Source: Escherichia phage mEp234. From it: DNA of 39,578 bases. This document shows, piece after piece, positions 18,202 through 25,994 of this stretch. The notes beneath the pieces were generated by a model that ran no database searches, had not been told where the DNA came from, and was given only the letters and a program-made list of their open reading frames with translations. A program made the position numbers and the translations under genes. Positions within the stretch are counted from its first letter, which is position 1; every line of letters starts with the position of its first letter. The stretch lies in the sequence record NC_019715.1; one strand, 5' to 3'.

Positions 18202-18839
18202 TGGCCGAATTTGGCGCGATGATATTAATGGACAACGGGAACCCATTTGTAACGCCCCAGTCAACGCCTTTTTGTCTTTACGGCAAGTACACTTTCAACT
18301 CCTCTGCTAATGGCAGTTCGCAGCAGGTTGCTCAGAATATTGCATTAAATGCTGACTACCCTGTGATGGTATTTATCAGGACCACAAATACCGCCCAGCC
18401 CACGCCAGTAATATCTTACCGGAACGGCGGAAATATATATGTCGCGGGGGTTAATCCCTATAACCAGAGCTTCACGTTAACCGCATATATTTTTGCCATA
18501 TTTCCCCAGACGTTACCGAAATGGGGGATGGCCATCTGGGATTCGAGCGGGAAGCTGGTACTCACTAATGAGTCCCGCGTGCTGTCAGACTTGCAGACAA
18601 TCGGAACGCCTGGAGCAAACGGCGGGATTAACATTGACCAGACGCTTGATGGTTCATGGGCAGTGGCTCCATCAAGGCTGGGGCAAGTGAACAGAAACGA
18701 CGCTTACTCATCTTGTAGGTATTCAGGCACAAGTACAAGAATAAACGCCGGTACAGCCGCAAATACACCTGGCGGTGCTGGAGGGGTGATAAATAATGGA
18801 ATTATCCTGACAGCAATTAAAACAGACGCCTATGATTGA
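18201..18839 (+). CDS. hypothetical protein (possible tail-tip accessory)
   Basis: 212 aa, start overlaps the upstream stop (TAATG); contains AIWDSSGK, related to the N-terminus of the preceding protein; Gly/Asn/Thr-rich. Confidence 0.5.
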   Translation: MAEFGAMILMDNGNPFVTPQSTPFCLYGKYTFNSSANGSSQQVAQNIALNADYPVMVFIRTTNTAQPTPVISYRNGGNIYVAGVNPYNQSFTLTAYIFAIFPQTLPKWGMAIWDSSGKLVLTNESRVLSDLQTIGTPGANGGINIDQTLDGSWAVAPSRLGQVNRNDAYSSCRYSGTSTRINAGTAANTPGGAGGVINNGIILTAIKTDAYD

Positions 18840-18946
18840 TTGTTTTGAGCGATCAATAACAAATAATTTATCTATCTAATCAATTATATCCATCGATTAT
18901 GTATTGGTATCTTCGAAGCTACTGAATACCTCTGGATACTATCAAA

Positions 18947-19180
18947 ATGAAAAGGCTAATTATCTGCATAGCGGGCGCTTTAATGCTGTCTGGTTGCGCT
19001 GGTGTACTTGAGAAACAGAAACCGATTTGCAGCGGCACGGCATATATGGGTGGCCATGAGAATACCGTTATGATTTACGCCGTTCGAAAGCAAAACAACC
19101 AGACGCAATACCGGGCCGGATATCCCTTTAACTGGCGCTGGGTAAGTGCGAACACATTCACAAGCACGACATGTAAATAA
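18947..19180 (+). CDS. small lipoprotein (Cor-like superinfection-exclusion candidate)
   Basis: 77 aa; signal peptide with lipobox LSGC; AT-rich upstream region; sits between J and the side tail fibre, where lambdoid phages carry cor/lom-type genes. Confidence 0.5.
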   Translation: MKRLIICIAGALMLSGCAGVLEKQKPICSGTAYMGGHENTVMIYAVRKQNNQTQYRAGYPFNWRWVSANTFTSTTCK

Positions 19181-19197
19181 CTCATGATTTTCAATGC

Positions 19198-19224
19198 AAA
19201 CCTCGCCTCGGCGGGGTTTTTTAT
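19198..19224 (+). terminator. Rho-independent terminator after lipoprotein gene
   Basis: CCTCGC-CTCG-GCGGGG (one G:U) followed by TTTTTTATT; SD GGAG and ATG 19239 follow. Confidence 0.5.
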
Positions 19225-19238
19225 TGCCTGGAGAAAAT

Positions 19239-20507
19239 ATGCTTTATAACACTGGAACCATCGCCATTAACGGAAACAGCGCCACCGGCACGGGCACGAA
19301 CTGGACGGCAACCGCCAGCCAGGTTCGCGCTGGCCAGACGATTATCGTGATGTCTAACCCGGTGCAGCTGTTCCAGATTTCATCCGTGAACAGCGCCACG
19401 TCAATGACGGTTACGCCAGCTGCATCACCGGCGCTGAGCGGCCAGAAGTACGGCATTCTGGTATCAGACAATATCTCGGTTGATGGGCTGGCGCTGGCCA
19501 TGTCGCAGCTTATCAAGGAGTATGACGAGAATATTGGTGCGTGGGAGACGTTCGCCACAACCTCAGCCAACCAGAACATTACCGTTACGATCAATGGCAC
19601 CAGTTTATCAATCCCGGCTCTTGGGAAATTACTGCAGAAGGGGAGCAACGGAGCTTTGCCGGTTAATCAAGGTGGTACCGGCGCAACGAATGCCGCAGAC
19701 GCTCGCACAAACCTTGGTCTGGGAAGTGCGGCGACAAAAAACACAGGAGCGTCCTTCGGCGATGTAATGACAGTGGGGGCTTTTGGGCTGGGAAGCGTTG
19801 CGGACGGGTACTACTACGGTGCGCCAACGGGGTTTTACGGCAGCCCTCCGGATAACCCAAGCAGTGGCATTGGGGTAGCAACAATAAAGAGCGTTGTGGG
19901 TGGATATTCAACAGATTTATCCATGACCCTTGCATCCACAGCCCGCCTTTTTCTGAGAAATATCGGACCTGGTGGCGGCGGTCTATGGGCAGAATTTTAC
20001 AGCAACAGAAATACTACAACAGCTGCAGACGGAACCCTGAAAGTGGCATCCCCCATTGTTAAAATACTTCACGATGGTCGGCATGAAAACAATGATGAAT
20101 CTTATGGCTGCACAGTTACCAGGCTCGGGGTTGGTGAATATCTCATTGAAGGATGTACGGGGCTCAATTCTGATGCAGCCTGGGGTGGTATCGATGGCGG
20201 CTTTGACATCCCCAAAGATCGAAACAGGCAACCACTGATATGGCTGGACTATGAGATCAACGCTGACGGTTCGGTGCTGGTAAAAACCTATCATCGTACC
20301 CATCCTGACGCTCCAGTTTTTGCACGTAACGAGCGGGACGGATACGCCAGTGGTGACCCGATTGATATTCCTGCCGACCAGTTCGTGTCAGTACGTGTAG
20401 AGATGCCACGCGACAGTATCTGGCACCAGAAACAGAAGGAGATGCGGGAAGTGATGGAGGACGCTGAGCGTGGGCGCCAGCAAAATCAGCAGAATACCCA
20501 GTCGTAA
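19239..20507 (+). CDS. side tail fibre protein
   Basis: 422 aa from ATG 19239 (SD GGAG); N-terminus MLYNTGTIAINGNSATGTGTNW and PVNQGGTGATNAADARTNLGL are typical tail-fibre motifs. Track ORF 19194 starts inside the terminator. Confidence 0.75.
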   Translation: MLYNTGTIAINGNSATGTGTNWTATASQVRAGQTIIVMSNPVQLFQISSVNSATSMTVTPAASPALSGQKYGILVSDNISVDGLALAMSQLIKEYDENIGAWETFATTSANQNITVTINGTSLSIPALGKLLQKGSNGALPVNQGGTGATNAADARTNLGLGSAATKNTGASFGDVMTVGAFGLGSVADGYYYGAPTGFYGSPPDNPSSGIGVATIKSVVGGYSTDLSMTLASTARLFLRNIGPGGGGLWAEFYSNRNTTTAADGTLKVASPIVKILHDGRHENNDESYGCTVTRLGVGEYLIEGCTGLNSDAAWGGIDGGFDIPKDRNRQPLIWLDYEINADGSVLVKTYHRTHPDAPVFARNERDGYASGDPIDIPADQFVSVRVEMPRDSIWHQKQKEMREVMEDAERGRQQNQQNTQS

Positions 20508-21020
20508 AAATTATAACTGCCGCAACCATGCCGTATGCAAGAGCATGATTGCGGCCGACTAGCGAACGTTCGATAGTGCGAGTATTGAATGATTTCAAGC
20601 CGTTACCGATTTTACTATGTTTTCAGTAGAACGCTTAGACAAAACTGAGGCGCACAAAGCTTTGCACTGGATTGCAAGACTTTGTTCTATTCGATAGTTT
20701 AAGGTCGCTCACTCTACCTTTTCATCAAGCCAGTCCGCCCACCACAGCATCATTTCTCTGCGCTTAATGTAGCGGATGCCTCACTATCACATAGTGATGG
20801 TTCATTACTGCTTTGTAGAATGGATAGAGAACTGAGGATAAAAAGATATCCCAAAACCCCAAAATCTCATCTTTAGGATTTGCAGAAAGGGAGGCGTGAA
20901 CAGATACCTGCGCATGAAGACGGAACTAGTCCAGATGTGATATTTGTGGTGATCACATACATCATCAACGATGCTCGTTATGGTGAGTTTGATGACTACC
21001 CGCTGAAGTGAAAATAGTGT

Positions 21021-21316
21021 TGTGTACCAAATTGCGTACCAAACTAAAATCACAAATCATGAAACCCTTGTTCATGGCGGTTCTCAGGGGTATTGCGCGT
21101 AATCGTGAAAGAGGAAGGTAGGTTGTTTATCTGTGTCTGTCATTGTCTAGCATTGTCCACTGTAGTTAATTAACTGTCTGTTATAACTCGAAAAACAACC
21201 ATTTTTTCACCTGAGTATGTCTACTAACGTCAAATATAGTTGTTTACTGTGCGCTGTTGTCCATGTGATATTGTGTACCAGATGTGTACCAAACCATTAT
21301 TTCTGAGCGTACCAAA
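21021..21316. other. candidate attP region with integrase arm-type direct repeats
   Basis: Five same-orientation copies of GTACCA(A/G)A at 21024-21031, 21036-21043, 21275-21282, 21286-21293 and 21309-21316, flanking a ~230-bp AT-rich interval immediately upstream of int. Confidence 0.45.
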
Positions 21317-21324
21317 TATTATTT

Positions 21325-22503
21325 ATGGCTATAAGCGACACAAAACTGCGTACTATTTATGGTAAACCATATTCGGGCCCACAAGAAGTGGCTGATGCCG
21401 ATGGCCTCAGCGTACGAATTTCACCGAAGGGGGTCATCCAGTTCCAGTACCGCTATCGCTGGCATGGCAAGCCTAATCGACTTGGGCTTGGTCGATACCC
21501 ATCCCTGTCTTTGAAGGATGCCAGACAGATCACTGCTGACTTGCGAAAGCTCTATTTCTCAGGAACGGATCCACGCACTTATTTTGAAGAGAAGGTGGAG
21601 AACTCCATGACGGTCGCCCAGTGTCTCGACTACTGGTTCGACAATTACGTCTCTACAACTCTCAGAGAAAAGACCCAGGCACTTTACCGATCAACGGTTA
21701 TGAAGCGCATGCATGACGCCTTCCCTAATCGACCGGCATCTTCTATCACGGTTAAGCAATGGGTTGACCTGCTTACCGAAGAAGAAAAAGATAATCCACG
21801 CCGAGCAAGGCAGGTGCTAAGTCAACTAAGATCAGCAATTAGTTGGTGCATGCGGCGTCAGTTGATAGATAGTTGCGCAATTATGAGCATCCAGCCAAGG
21901 GACTTCGGCTCCCGCGCTGAGGTAGGGGATCGGGTACTGTCGTATCACGAACTGGCTAAGATTTGGCTTGCTATTGAAAGAAGCCGTGCGTCTACGTCAA
22001 ATAAGCTCCTTCATCAGATGCTTATGCTGTGGGGGGCGAGGCTCTCAGAGCTTAGGCTGGCAACAAAGACAGAATTTGACCTGCTGGACAACGTATGGAC
22101 CGTACCGAAAGAGCATAGCAAGATGGGTAATGTTATCCGCCGTCCAATCTTCGAACAAATTAAGCCTTTTCTCGAAAAGGCCATGACAACGTACAATGAT
22201 GTTCTTTTCCCTGGAGAAGACATAAACAAACCGATCAGCATCGCTGCAGCCAACCGATTCGTAAACAGAATAAGGGGAGGGATGGATCTAGGTTACTGGC
22301 GAACACATGATTTCAGAAGAACGCTTGTTACACGTCTGTCCGAGATGAATGTCGAGCCTCATGTTACTGAGCGAATGCTCGGTCATGAACTTGGCGGGAT
22401 AATGTCCGTATACAATAAACACGACTGGATAGAGGCTCAGCGCAAAGCGTATGAGCTTCACGCTGATAAATTGTTCTGGCACATCAGGAGCATTTCTGAT
22501 TAA
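21325..22503 (+). CDS. int: tyrosine integrase (P4-like, N-terminal DUF4102 arm-binding domain)
   Basis: 392 aa; N-terminal LSVRISPKGVIQFQYRYRWHGK; catalytic-region motifs (HDFRRT, MLGHE, SVYNKHDW). Confidence 0.9.
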   Translation: MAISDTKLRTIYGKPYSGPQEVADADGLSVRISPKGVIQFQYRYRWHGKPNRLGLGRYPSLSLKDARQITADLRKLYFSGTDPRTYFEEKVENSMTVAQCLDYWFDNYVSTTLREKTQALYRSTVMKRMHDAFPNRPASSITVKQWVDLLTEEEKDNPRRARQVLSQLRSAISWCMRRQLIDSCAIMSIQPRDFGSRAEVGDRVLSYHELAKIWLAIERSRASTSNKLLHQMLMLWGARLSELRLATKTEFDLLDNVWTVPKEHSKMGNVIRRPIFEQIKPFLEKAMTTYNDVLFPGEDINKPISIAAANRFVNRIRGGMDLGYWRTHDFRRTLVTRLSEMNVEPHVTERMLGHELGGIMSVYNKHDWIEAQRKAYELHADKLFWHIRSISD

Positions 22504-22675
22504 CGCCACCGTTAAGAATCCACCCTTCAACAGCTTCACGAAGGTATGATTTGGGGTGGGTTCTGACTGGCTTCGGAAATCCGTGCCGTTTGGTATAGTT
22601 CCAGATTGTCTGACGTGATGAAACACCGAGCTTGTTCATCACTTCTTTCTCAGGAATCAGGCTGGTATCGGTCAT
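22484..22675 (-). CDS. AlpA/Xis-family DNA-binding protein (putative excisionase)
   Basis: 63 aa; SD GGAG; winged-HTH signature KEVMNKLGVSSRQTIWNYTKRHGFPKPV; convergent with int and overlapping its 3' end by 20 nt. Confidence 0.65.
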   Translation of the reverse strand: MTDTSLIPEKEVMNKLGVSSRQTIWNYTKRHGFPKPVRTHPKSYLREAVEGWILNGGVNQKCS

Positions 22676-22754
22676 CTTAATTCTCCAGGCAAAAATAAAC
22701 CGCCATATAGCGGCTCTATCAGATATGTACAGGCCTCATCGAGTGTGAGGCGGG

Positions 22755-23099
22755 TTAGTCCTTGCGTAGCTCACTGATTCTTCTGTAAGTCTCTGGTGCT
22801 TTGTTCCCGTACGTCTTCATTTCAGACTTCAACAGAGCAACGAGGGGATCCCATTCGTTGAGGATGCCTTTGAATGCCGGAACGCGCTTTGCAACCTTGT
22901 CGAATGAATCTCTGATTTCTGGAATCTGCTCGACAAGTGCAACGCATCGTCTGAAATCGGCTGCGTCATGAGGAGCGCCGAAGTGATGACCATAGATATT
23001 CTTTTTCAGGCCACATGCGATTGAGGCAAGAGTTGCGCTACTGATGCCGACATCGCCAGTCGATAGCCATTTCAAAACCTTCATAGCCAAATCTGACAT
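22755..23099 (-). CDS. hypothetical protein (early-left operon)
   Basis: 114 aa, ATG with SD GGAG; no recognisable motif. Confidence 0.5.
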   Translation of the reverse strand: MSDLAMKVLKWLSTGDVGISSATLASIACGLKKNIYGHHFGAPHDAADFRRCVALVEQIPEIRDSFDKVAKRVPAFKGILNEWDPLVALLKSEMKTYGNKAPETYRRISELRKD

Positions 23100-23110
23100 T
23101 TCTTGTCTCC

Positions 23111-23136
23111 ATAAAACAAAACTCGCCGTAGCGAGT
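23111..23136 (-). terminator. stem-loop plus U-tract on minus strand
   Basis: ACTCGC-CGTA-GCGAGT followed (on minus strand) by TTTTGTTTT. Confidence 0.4.
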
Positions 23137-23191
23137 TCAGATAAAAGAAATCCCCGCGAGTGCGAGGATTGTTATGTAATATTGGGTTTAA

Positions 23192-23386
23192 TCATCTATA
23201 TGTTTTGTACAGAGAGGGCAAGTATCGTTTCCACCGTACTCGAACGGCGCTGTAGTTTGTCCATTCTTTCTTTTTTGTCTGGCGATCGTAATACTGAACG
23301 CCAGCACGGATGTTGAATCCGATATTTTCCCCGGCCTGAAACTCTCTTGCGGGCTTGTTTAGTCTTACAGTAATCGAATGTGCCAT
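23192..23386 (-). CDS. hypothetical protein translationally coupled to erf
   Basis: 64 aa from ATG 23384-23386, which overlaps the erf stop (TAATG) with SD GGAG; the track's longer 94-aa version overlaps erf and was not used. Sits where P22 carries abc genes, but the sequence is not recognised. Confidence 0.4.
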   Translation of the reverse strand: MAHSITVRLNKPAREFQAGENIGFNIRAGVQYYDRQTKKKEWTNYSAVRVRWKRYLPSLYKTYR

Positions 23387-23991
23387 TAAGCAGCCGCTCC
23401 TTCTAATTCGTCTCGTCTGATGTTGTAAACGTCCTGCGCTTTGTGCTGCTCCGGTGTTCCTTCGAGCATCTTCCACGCTTTGGCGAACGCCTGTTTAAGC
23501 TCTTCCACGGTGTTTTTTTGCATTGCTGCGTCAGTGAATGCTTTTAGAACCTGTTCAGGTGTAGGTGATGGTTTTGATTGCTTTGCTGCTGCGTTCTGCT
23601 GATGTTTATGTTCGTCGGTATCTGCATCTTTCGCATCATCAATGCCGAACAAACCATTAAGGCAATACTTGCGCGCATAAGAGCTTGTAGCTCCAGTAAC
23701 TTGTGCAGAATCCATTCCTTTCTTGCTTTCTTCCTCTCGTGCAAGAGCAGTTGCCGTATGACTGTTTTCGCCATCGGTAATAGTTGCCGTGGCTTTCACG
23801 TAATACCGATCACCAATCAACACAACTTCATCGCTGATTGATAAAAACAGGCCATTCAGTAACGGCTTAACGCCTTCAAGAATGTCTTCGCAGCTTCTGT
23901 ATTTATATTTACCGAATGAGTTGTACTGATTCTTTGGCGCGTTCAGATTCTCCTGAATAGCTGCCAGTCTTGCGTAAAATTCTTTGCTCAT
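23386..23991 (-). CDS. erf: ERF-family single-strand annealing protein
   Basis: 201 aa from ATG 23989-23991 (MSKEFYARLAAIQENLNAPKNQYNSFGKYKYRSCEDILEGVKPLL), recalled as P22 Erf-like; the track ORF starts at an upstream TTG. Confidence 0.75.
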   Translation of the reverse strand: MSKEFYARLAAIQENLNAPKNQYNSFGKYKYRSCEDILEGVKPLLNGLFLSISDEVVLIGDRYYVKATATITDGENSHTATALAREEESKKGMDSAQVTGATSSYARKYCLNGLFGIDDAKDADTDEHKHQQNAAAKQSKPSPTPEQVLKAFTDAAMQKNTVEELKQAFAKAWKMLEGTPEQHKAQDVYNIRRDELEGAAA

Positions 23992-24001
23992 ATGATTGTT
24001 C

Positions 24002-24172
24002 TCAGAATGGACACGGCCCAAGGAAATAACGCTGATTTAATACTTCAGTCTTTGCCGCATTTAAAAATACGCGAACACCTTCACGATCTCCCTTCTGGCG
24101 ATACATTAACGCCTGCTGCGTGTACATGCGTCTCTGTAACTTGCTCTCCTTCACTGTGGTTGCAAGTGACAT
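24002..24172 (-). CDS. small protein (arf-position, unknown)
   Basis: 56 aa (MSLATTVKESKLQRRMYTQQ...), SD GGAGATATTC before the ATG; ends 10 nt before the erf start. Below the track's 60-aa cutoff; translated by hand. Confidence 0.35.
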   Translation of the reverse strand: MSLATTVKESKLQRRMYTQQALMYRQKGDREGVRVFLNAAKTEVLNQRYFLGPCPF

Positions 24173-24247
24173 GAATATCTCCTTCGTTACCGATTAATTC
24201 TTTCATCTGACGAATGAATTCTTCGTCTGACCAGTTATCTGTAAAAC

Positions 24248-24400
24248 TCATTTCCTGCGATACAACGGAAGGTTGATAGCTGATTTCATCGCTTTATTTG
24301 CTTCAAACCACATTTTGGAATCACCAATAAATCTGGCTATTACTGCTTTGTTTTGTGCAGCACGAAGCATCTGATGATTTATGGCTATTTCATTGCGCAT
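24248..24400 (-). CDS. kil: Kil-like small protein (candidate host division inhibitor)
   Basis: 50 aa; IARFIGDSKMWFEA resembles the FIGD core recalled for lambda/P22 Kil; SD GAGGTC; overlaps cIII end. Confidence 0.4.
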   Translation of the reverse strand: MRNEIAINHQMLRAAQNKAVIARFIGDSKMWFEANKAMKSAINLPLYRRK

Positions 24401-24516
24401 AATAAGACCTCAACTCTTTTCCATCCGTCACGTAATTTACGGGTGATTCGTTCAAGTAAAGATTCATTTAGTTGGAAGGCACCCATGCGAGCGCCTCCCG
24501 CGATTGCGTAAATCAT
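24385..24516 (-). CDS. cIII: CIII-like protein (FtsH inhibitor)
   Basis: 43 aa; NESLLERITRKLRDGWKR matches the lambda CIII central helix as recalled; SD AGGAA. Confidence 0.6.
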   Translation of the reverse strand: MIYAIAGGARMGAFQLNESLLERITRKLRDGWKRVEVLLCAMK

Positions 24517-24540
24517 GGGTGGTTCCTTATGTTGGTTTTA

Positions 24541-25509
24541 TTAGTAGGTTATTTTTGTTGCGAATACTTCGCCTTTTACGATGGCTGTTATGATATTTTT
24601 AGCAACATCTTCTGATGCACCAACCTTGATAAGGTCAGCAAGTATTTTGTTATTTACTTCTTTCCGGTGAGCTTTATCCTTTGCTCTACGCTCTTCTTCG
24701 TCCTTGATTCTTTTTTCTTCTGCTATTCTGGCTTGCTCTTTTGCTTCAGCCTCGCGCCGGATTCGTTCTGCCTCCTCCTGTGCTTTTCGGCGTTCTGCTT
24801 CAATTGCCACCTGCTTTTCTCTTTCAGCTCGTTCTGCTGCCTCTTTTGCTTCGCGCTGTGCTCGTTGCTCGGCTTCAATGCGTTCACGCTCTGCACGTTC
24901 CGCTGCGGCCTTAGCTTCTGCTTCTCGCCTTGCTGCTGCTTCAATTTCGGCTTTTGCCTTTGCTTCGGCTTCAGCTCTGGCTTTCTCTTCAGCTTCTCTT
25001 TTTAAGCGTTCTTCATGCTCTCGCTTTTCCTGCTCCGCTTTGAGTCTTGCCTCTTCTCTTTGGCGGTCAAATTCGCGATCCATCAAAATCGCTATTTCAT
25101 GGTCAGACTCAATTTGCTTTGCGAGAGCTTCAGCTGCTGCCTTAGCTTCTTCTTCGGCTTTAATCCGTGCCTGCTCCTCCTCATAATCAGTAAGAGGCTG
25201 ACGCGCCTTGGCTTTCAGCTCATCAAGTCGATCACGCACTGTCTTGCGGTTGGCATCAATTAGCTTTGGAATTTCCTTCAGTTCAGCAACAAGGTCTTTT
25301 CCAAGACCATCGAGATATGTTTTCGTCTGCGCAACTTTATACGCCAGAGAAGCGATCTCCTTTCTGCCCTTTGCCGTTGTGATATCAGGCACAAAGGACA
25401 TAACTTCACGTTCAACCTTTTGGAGAATTTCTTCAATCTGGTCGGCAGACTGAAATACAGTCATTGCATTTGCTTTTTCAATAACAACTAAATCTGTTAC
25501 TTCACTCAT
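24541..25509 (-). CDS. DUF1351/Gp157-like protein with extended E/A/K/R-rich coiled-coil tract
   Basis: 322 aa from ATG 25507-25509 (strong SD GGAGGATAT); N-terminal ~110 aa globular, then ~180 aa of low-complexity EAKAAAE/RREAEAK repeats; family name is from memory. Confidence 0.5.
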   Translation of the reverse strand: MSEVTDLVVIEKANAMTVFQSADQIEEILQKVEREVMSFVPDITTAKGRKEIASLAYKVAQTKTYLDGLGKDLVAELKEIPKLIDANRKTVRDRLDELKAKARQPLTDYEEEQARIKAEEEAKAAAEALAKQIESDHEIAILMDREFDRQREEARLKAEQEKREHEERLKREAEEKARAEAEAKAKAEIEAAARREAEAKAAAERAERERIEAEQRAQREAKEAAERAEREKQVAIEAERRKAQEEAERIRREAEAKEQARIAEEKRIKDEEERRAKDKAHRKEVNNKILADLIKVGASEDVAKNIITAIVKGEVFATKITY

Positions 25510-25521
25510 ATATCCTCCGTC

Positions 25522-25548
25522 AAAAAAATTGCCCTCACACTGGAGGGC
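25522..25548 (-). terminator. stem-loop plus U-tract immediately upstream of DUF1351-like gene
   Basis: GCCCTC-cagtgt-GAGGGC then TTTTTTT on the minus strand, 13 nt before the SD. Confidence 0.45.
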
Positions 25549-25665
25549 AAAGAAGATTTCCAATAATCAGAACAAGTCGGCTCCTGTTTAGTTACGAGCG
25601 ACATTGCTCCGTGTATTCACTCGTTGGAATGAATACACAGTGCAGTGTTTATTCTGTTATTTATG

Positions 25666-25694
25666 CCAAAAATAAAGGCCGCCATCAGGCAGCC
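25666..25694 (-). terminator. stem-loop plus U-tract at 3' end of the 83-aa gene
   Basis: GGCTGCC-TGAT-GGCGGCC (one G:U) then TTTATTTTT on the minus strand; the gene's stop codon lies in the loop. Confidence 0.45.
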
Positions 25695-25936
25695 TTGTTG
25701 TAAATGTTGCAGGTATCAAGTAAGTAATTAGATGGAGCGCCATAAATTATGAATTCATCGTTTGTCGGGTCCATCTCCATCTCTTGGCCTATTGCCATTC
25801 TTGCGTCAGTGTCATCAGCGGCGAAGCATAAAACAGCCCACGCACCCATTGTTTTAAAAAGAACTGCAATTGGCTGTGGTTTTACTGAATTTGCGTTAGC
25901 GCGAAAATCACAAATCGCACTTTCATGAAATTCCAT
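25685..25936 (-). CDS. hypothetical protein (moron-like, between N and DUF1351 gene)
   Basis: 83 aa, SD GAGGTG; bracketed by its own terminator. Confidence 0.45.
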   Translation of the reverse strand: MEFHESAICDFRANANSVKPQPIAVLFKTMGAWAVLCFAADDTDARMAIGQEMEMDPTNDEFIIYGAPSNYLLDTCNIYNKAA

Positions 25937-25994
25937 ATATCACCTCAAATAAGTGGTTTGCTGCCTAATTTTATTTTCTGGCGACCAACACAAG

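Noticed and set aside
19194-19238. Upstream ATG extending the side tail fibre ORF by 15 codons
   Set aside because: That ATG lies inside the terminator hairpin; ATG 19239 has a proper SD and gives the typical tail-fibre N-terminus.
20569-20698. 9-bp direct repeat TTCGATAGT at 20569-20577 and 20690-20698
   Set aside because: A single 9-bp match in 0.8 kb of AT-rich DNA is within chance expectation and has no supporting structure.
20257-21053. Minus-strand ORFs of 113 aa (20257-20598) and 82 aa (20805-21053)
   Set aside because: The first is antisense to the tail fibre 3' end; the second runs through the arm-type repeats in AT-rich non-coding DNA; neither has start signals.
20508-21324. Search for a tRNA or tmRNA 3'-end fragment marking the attP core
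   Set aside because: No GGTTCGAnTCC-type T-arm or CCA-end-like segment was seen by eye, so the core is left undefined rather than called.
23387-23476. N-terminal 30-codon extension of the 64-aa gene (94-aa track ORF)
   Set aside because: The extension overlaps the 3' end of erf in another frame; the internal ATG has an SD and overlaps the erf stop as TAATG.
24667-25263. Plus-strand ORFs (112, 160 and 82 aa; Cys/Ser/Phe-rich) across the repetitive region
   Set aside because: They are antisense to the E/A/K/R low-complexity tract of the minus-strand gene; repetitive GC-rich DNA keeps several frames open by chance, and they have no SD.
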